Below, piece by piece: positions 48,685 to 54,392 of a DNA stretch of 54,392 nucleotides. Both the position numbers and the translations under genes were made by a program. A model generated the notes under the pieces. That model ran no database searches, had not been told where the DNA came from, and saw only the letters and a program-made list of their open reading frames with translations. Origin of the DNA: Octopus sinensis (taxonomy: Eukaryota); contig NW_021833845.1 of assembly GCF_006345805.1 (NCBI RefSeq), positions 1-54,392 of the forward strand, in the 5' to 3' direction. Position 1 is the stretch's first letter. The number at the start of each line of letters is the position of its first letter.

Positions 48685-49040
48685 AATGGTTGCGGGTTCA
48701 GTCTCACTGCGTAGCACCTTGGGCAAGTGTCTACTATAGGCTCGGGACGACGAAAGCCTTGTGAGTGTATTTGGTAGGCGGAAGCTGTAAGACCATCGTA
48801 TATGCATATCTGTGAGGGGATCGACAAACAGATCTTCGTATCTGTGTTTGTCCCCCACCACCGCTTGACAACCGGTGTTGGCGTGCTTACGTCACCGTAA
48901 TGTAGTGGTTCGCCAAAAGAGACCGATAGAGTATGAACTAGGCTTAAAATAAACAAAAAGTTCTAGGGTTGTTTCATTCAACTAAAACCCTTCAAGGCGG
49001 TGTCCCAGAAAGGCCACAGTCTAATGAGCGAAACAAGCAA
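48680..49040 (+). mobile_element. SINE family A, diverged and 5'-truncated
   Basis: GGGTTCAGTCTCACTGCGTAGCACCTTGGGCAAGTGTC..GCTTGACAACCGG..AAGAGACCGATAGA..GCGGTGTCCCAG. Confidence 0.78.
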
Positions 49041-49394
49041 CAGATAAAAGATAAATAAAATACAGATGTGTCTATATTTGAAATACGTAGACATTTACCA
49101 ATATTCAAATACACATAAGCACCAGCTGGGATATATTTGTGTATAGCTTATAGCTTTGTCATTAGTTTTGATGCTGTTTGGAATTTTGCGAAATTTATTA
49201 ATTTTGGCTACATAACTTTTACATTTAAGAGACATGCCTTCTACGACAGATTTTGACCAAGCAGTGACCGTCTAGACAATACTCTTGTGTCCTTAATTTC
49301 GTAGACGGAAACTGTGTGGAAGCCTGTTGTTCATTTTGTACACACACACACACGTACATACATACGTACATACATACATACATACATACATACA

Positions 49395-49428
<34 letters not shown>

Positions 49429-49782
49429 CATATCCCAATTTTTATTTAATTACCTTGGCGGGAAGGACTGTTTCAACGAAGTTGAGTATTGTCCTTGCCT
49501 TCATACCGCGGAGTAGATGAAACAGAGACAACTGAAGAAGGGGAATATTCTTTATGTTGCATATCTCGTTTCTCTGTTTGTTTGGGGTTTTTTTTCGTTG
49601 TTCCAGAAAAAAACCGTTTCTATGTTTTTGTTTTTATGTTTTCGTTTCTCATTGTATTCAACGTTTTTATGATGTCCTGTACCCATATATGCATGTATAT
49701 ATATGTAGGTATGTACATATACGTATGTATATATGCATATATTTATATATTACTTATATTTTATAGACATATGTATATATAT

Positions 49783-49825
<43 letters not shown>

Positions 49826-49993
49826 TTGTATGTATATTATTCGTTACCATTAATATATTGACAGTGACTTCGAATTTTCGGCCAGTTAACTCATCATCGG
49901 ACTAATGGTGGCTTAAGCTGGCCGAAAAGTATGGAGTACCCTTCAGATTAATGTAAAACTGTCGTTATTATATCTGAACATAAAAGCAAACAT

Positions 49994-50049
<56 letters not shown>

Positions 50050-50084
50050 TATATATAATACTATATAGATATATATATATCACG

Positions 50085-50186
50085 TGACCGACCAGTCCAT
50101 CAGATTGTGTACACATCGCTGGTCACAATGCGTTCGCATTGTTTTAGCCTTCGAATGACGCCACCCCGCTGGCTAAGCGAGCAGGC
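50085..50186 (-). mobile_element. Isolated tail-2 segment of the family C SINE (or of its partner LINE)
   Basis: Reverse complement of GCCTGCTCGCTTAGCCAGCGGGGTGGCGTCATTCGAAGGCTAAAACAATGCG..GGTCGGTCACGTGAT, matching ~39914-40030; flanked by (TA)n. Confidence 0.85.
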
Positions 50187-50250
50187 AATTATATATATAT
50201 ATATAATATATAGAAGATGTATGTATGTATGTATGTATGTATGCATGTAA

Positions 50251-50281
<31 letters not shown>

Positions 50282-50899
50282 TGTATATATGTATGTGTGT
50301 AAATATGTATGTATGTATATATGTATGTGTGCAAATATGTATGTATGGATGTATGTATGTATGTATGTATGTATGTATGTGTATTCGTGTTTTCCCTACC
50401 ACTGCCAGACAACCAGAAGTTCGAGTAAACACACCAATAGACTAAGTACCAGTTTTTAAAATAAGTCTTGGAGTTGATCAGTTTGACTACAACCTTCAAA
50501 GTGGCGTCCCAACATGACTGCAGTGCAAAGAGAGAAAAAATACAACGATAAAATTCTTTTAAATGGATAAACGCGATATTCATCCGGTCAAAAACACGAT
50601 ATTCATCCGTTCAAAGAAATTTTAAGATTTTGTCTCCGTCACAGCTTGTGTCTGGAATGATAATTCTCACAAATCCTTTGTGGACAATCCTCCAACAGCC
50701 ACACGCCAAGCATTAGCGATGTTATCTGTGTTGATCAGAGGAGATTACCATACTTCTCCTTAAGAGATAAAACTGTAAGTTAAAAGCAAAGCTGATTCCC
50801 TTTTGTACGCACAGGTCCATCAGGTCCATGTATCTGCTGATAGACTCCAAAATCGATTGACAACAATCTCAACTATCATTCTACGTTTCCAAAAGTCCG

Positions 50900-51345
50900 T
50901 GCCTAAAACCCGTAAGTTACATATCGGTTTCAAATTTGGGCACGAAGCCAGGAAATTCGGGAGAAGGGGTAAGTCGATTACATCGACTCCAGTGCTCAAC
51001 TGGCCCTTATTTTAGCGACCCCTAAAGGATGAAAGGCAAAGACAACCCCGGCGGCATTTGAGTTCATAACGTAAAGACAAATGACATGTTGTTAAGTAGT
51101 TTGTCCGGCGTATAACGATTCTGCCATCTTGCTGTTTTCACCTTATGTTACAGTTCGGATTCAAATTTTCGCACAAAGCCAATAAATTCTGTGGATGGGA
51201 TAAATCGATTTTATTGACTCCCAGAGTTTTATTGCTACTTATTTTACCGACTCCTAAGGGATGAAAGGTAAAGTCAACCGCGGTGGCATTCGATGACAGA
51301 AAGTAAGTTCGAAAGAAAGGTCGCTAAGCAATTATTCCGGCGGCG
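50900..51345 (-). mobile_element. Two head-to-tail diverged SINE family B units
   Basis: Two rounds of AAATT..GTCGATT..CCAG..TTATTTTA.CGAC.CCTAA.GGATGAAAGG.AAAG.CAACC. Confidence 0.72.
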
Positions 51346-52067
51346 ATGATGAACCTACCTTTAATCGATGTTACACATTAAATTATCTAAGTCCGTATGC
51401 TATGTTCAGCGGGACAGGTTTGAAATCCAGTTGATTAAGCGTAGCTGTTTGGTCCCTGATGGTTTGGTATGGCTGACTAGACATTCAGCCTGTTTTGGTG
51501 ACAAGGCATTTCGGCGCTGGAGACATGAACACACACACACACCACCAACACCAACACCAACACCACCTCCACCACATATCTTATGCACGCGGCGCAGAAA
51601 TATGTGTAAACAAATAAACGGAGAGAGAGGGAGAGAGACAGTGTGAGAGGGAAAGAGAGAAACATGGCAATTTGTTAGTTGAACACGATTGAAAGAAATT
51701 TTTTCTCTCCTTATACACATAAAGAGAAAGAGGTTCACACACGCACACACACAGAAGGAGGAGGAGGGGGAGGGGGAAGCAGGAGGAGCAGGAGGAGGAG
51801 GAGGCATTAAAACGAGGAAAAGAGAAACATTAAAACTTCTGACGTCAAATACGGCAGAGTCGAATCCGTGATGCCAAAGCGGCTGCGCCAAAATGTTCTC
51901 ATACTCATACGCCCTGAATTAAATGCATCTGCGTTGCATATTAAATCCTATTCATTTTCGTATCCTGTTCCCGAGTATTACATATTTACATATGCCACGT
52001 GAAGGTGTACAAGCTTATCTAGGAATACATATCTGGTGCGTATTTATGTACTGTTATCCACAATAAG

Positions 52068-52232
52068 TGGACAGGAGTGGCTGTGTGGTAAGAAGGTTGT
52101 TTCCCAACCTTATAGTTCCGGGTTCAGTCCCACTGCGTGGCAACTGGAGCAAGTATGTTCTACTATAGCCCCGGGCCGACCAAAGCATTGTGAGTGGATT
52201 TGGCAGACGGAAACTGAAAGAAACCCGTCGTA
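52068..52232 (+). mobile_element. SINE family A, 5' half
   Basis: CAGGAGTGGCTGTGTGGTAAG..GGTTCAGTCCCACTGCGTGG..GGAAACTGAAAGAAACCCGTCG-(TA)n. Confidence 0.85.
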
Positions 52233-52339
52233 TATATATATATATATATATTATATCATCGTGGCACTCCGTCGGTTACATATATGTTTATTCATATATG
52301 TATATTCATTTATATATATGTATGTAAATATATGTGTAT

Positions 52340-52629
52340 GGTGGAGTGTTTATACTTAAAGCTCCACGAGGCTCCGGCAGGGAGTGGTGGTGAACCCTGC
52401 TGTACTCTTTCACCGCAACTTTCTCTCACTCTTTCTTTCTGATATACCTGTATTTCAAAGGGCCAGTCTTGTCACACACTGTGTCACACTGAATCACCCC
52501 CGAGAACTACGTAAATGGTACATGTGTCTGTGGAGTGATCAGCCACTTACACGTTAATTTCACGAGCAAGCTATTCCGTTGATCGGATCAACTGGAACCC
52601 TCATCGTCGTAACCGACGGAATGCCACGG
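52340..52629 (+). mobile_element. SINE family C, 5'-truncated, tail 1
   Basis: AAAGCTCCACGAGGCTCCGGCAGGG..TTTCAAAGGGCCAG..ACGTTAATTTCACGAGC..GTAACCGACGGAATGCC. Confidence 0.87.
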
Positions 52630-53265
52630 TATGTGTACGGATTTTGTGCCTATGTCTGTGCGTGTATGTGTGTATGCGTGTATGTGTGTGTGTGTGCATA
52701 TGTGTGTGATTCAAAGTGTATGTTATGAGTATTATGAATGAATTGTGTGTAGACGTATTTAGATACATATTTACATATGTGTGAATATATCCTCGGTAAG
52801 TGGATATATTTGAATATTTGATGAATGACATGTTTGTAGCCATGTGCGCAGGTGTAGGCACGCATATATGCACACAAATTTGTAATTAACACACACACAC
52901 GTATATATATATATATACACACACACATGTATGTATGTCTATATATATGTATGTATGTATATAAATATATATATATATATATAAATATAAATATATATAT
53001 ATACATATATACATATATACACGCACACACATATGTATAAGAAGATAGATAGAGAGTGAGAGAGAAACATTTATATATACACAAACACGGACATATAGAT
53101 ATATAGATAGAAACATACATACATACAAACATATATATATATACATATATATACACGCACGCGTGGACATATGCATACATGCACATTTGCACATATGCGG
53201 ATATATATATATATACTTTATATTACTCTACTTCTGGTATTTGAGTATCCACTTTGTTTCATATT

Positions 53266-53318
<53 letters not shown>

Positions 53319-53744
53319 AAATATGTATGTATATAATATTGTACATGGGCGTCGGTATTTGTGTGAATAGGCTTGCATGTACATTCAAACACCGACATGC
53401 CTGCCAGTGCGTAACCGTTTGCGCATTTCGCTTTTCAATTGTCATGTGTTCCAATAATCCTTTGTTCTTATTACTCAACATACTTTATTCATTGTTTGTG
53501 ATCATACAACCATAACGCAATTGTTATGGAAGCCCTATACTTTTTATTATGTATACACTTATATATTGATGAAGCTTCCATTGTTATATAAACTATAGAA
53601 ATATATATATTTGAAATTTTAACGAATTTTTAAATAAATGTTATATTTACATTATAATGTATTTTATGCTCCTCATTTTTATGTAATTTTCATTATTCAA
53701 TGATTAAGCACACAAGTGATTCTAGATTGATATTTTAAAATATA

Positions 53745-53990
53745 TGTTCGATAATGCGGCGATCTGGCAGAATCGTTAGCACGCTGGGCAAAATGCTCAG
53801 CGGCATTTCGTCTGTCTTGACGATCTGAGTTCAAATTCCGCCGAGGTCGAATTTGCGTGTAATCCATTCGGGGGGGGGGAGCGATAAATTAAGTACCAGT
53901 TGAATACTGGGGTCTATATAATGGATTTTACCACCCACCCCACCAACACGCTGGCGTTGTGCCAGAATTCGAAACCAATATATATAATGT
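53745..53990 (+). mobile_element. SINE family B, diverged copy
   Basis: GCGGCGATCTGGCAGAATCGTTAGCACGCTGGGC..GAGTTCAAATTCCGCCGAGGTCGA..GATAAATTAAGTACCAGTT. Confidence 0.82.
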
Positions 53991-53994
53991 GCGT

Positions 53995-54392
53995 ATCTGG
54001 TAAAATTTGGGATATTCATGTATTTGTCCATTAATGTTTGTAATGGTTGCCTTATTTTACTCCGGGCCAGTTGATATCTATCCTGTTGCTCCAATAATCA
54101 TATGATTATTGAAGCTGATAATGTATCTTGGGCACTGGATTTGCAAACTCCTTATCAATGGTCCTCAGATGTCCTCTTGTATTTTTCTAACCACATTAGT
54201 GTCCAGAGGACTGCTGATCTCCACAACTGAACATATCTTTTCTTTGTGGTCCAACGCAATAATATCCGTTCGGTTGTGTTTAAACTTTTAAGTTCCACCA
54301 GTATTTTTTAACCCCCGGTCTCAACATGGTCAGCTTTCTTTTTTATTAACTTGATCAAGGCTGTTCTGGCCACCGCATCATGCTGCATAGAA
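53995..54392 (-). mobile_element. R4/Dong-type LINE, restriction-like endonuclease region (decayed; continues beyond the window)
   Basis: QHDAVA..KHNRTDIIALDHKEKICSVVEISSPLDTNVVRKIQEDI*GPLIRSLQI..IIGATG matches the RHD / H(N)RPDI / E.S.P / IGALG RLE motifs. Confidence 0.8.

Noticed and set aside
49875-49928. 11-bp inverted repeat with HHR-like fragments (related to 48451-48471)
   Set aside because: Catalytic core residues cannot be assigned and the match is too short to separate from chance.
50815-50911. Possible 97-nt exon (polypyrimidine-CAG ... GTAAGT)
   Set aside because: The frame reads DSLLYAQVHQVHVSADRLQNRL, better explained as a decayed LINE RT (SLLYADD..SA..LQ.RL) segment; no partner exons were found.

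Overview
AT-rich, repeat-saturated eukaryotic DNA in which I can support no host protein-coding exon, so it is intergenic or inside a large intron. The tRNA-derived SINE families and the microsatellite load point to an octopus/coleoid cephalopod genome (inference). Almost all listed ORFs are translations of microsatellites. Recognisable content: a full-length 1282-bp irritans-like mariner (DD34D, decayed); a 5'-truncated Tx1/L1-clade LINE embedded in (GATA)n; Penelope-like GIY-YIG and RT remnants; R4/Dong-, RTE- and CR1/L2-type LINE fragments; a non-autonomous Helitron; three or more SINE families in dozens of copies; a 31-bp minisatellite with higher-order structure; a ~530-bp tandem duplication; and several fold-back structures. 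Two observations stand out. (1) One SINE family shares its last ~50 nt (40/50) with the 3' end of the Tx1 LINE, and one dimeric copy is flanked by a 13-bp TSD, suggesting a SINE/Tx1 partner pair. (2) At least seven minimal type-I hammerhead-ribozyme motifs from several sequence families lie mostly in short (TA)n-flanked elements, including recurrent non-canonical cores (CUGUYGA, CCGACGA). All alignments and folds were done by eye; no database search was run.
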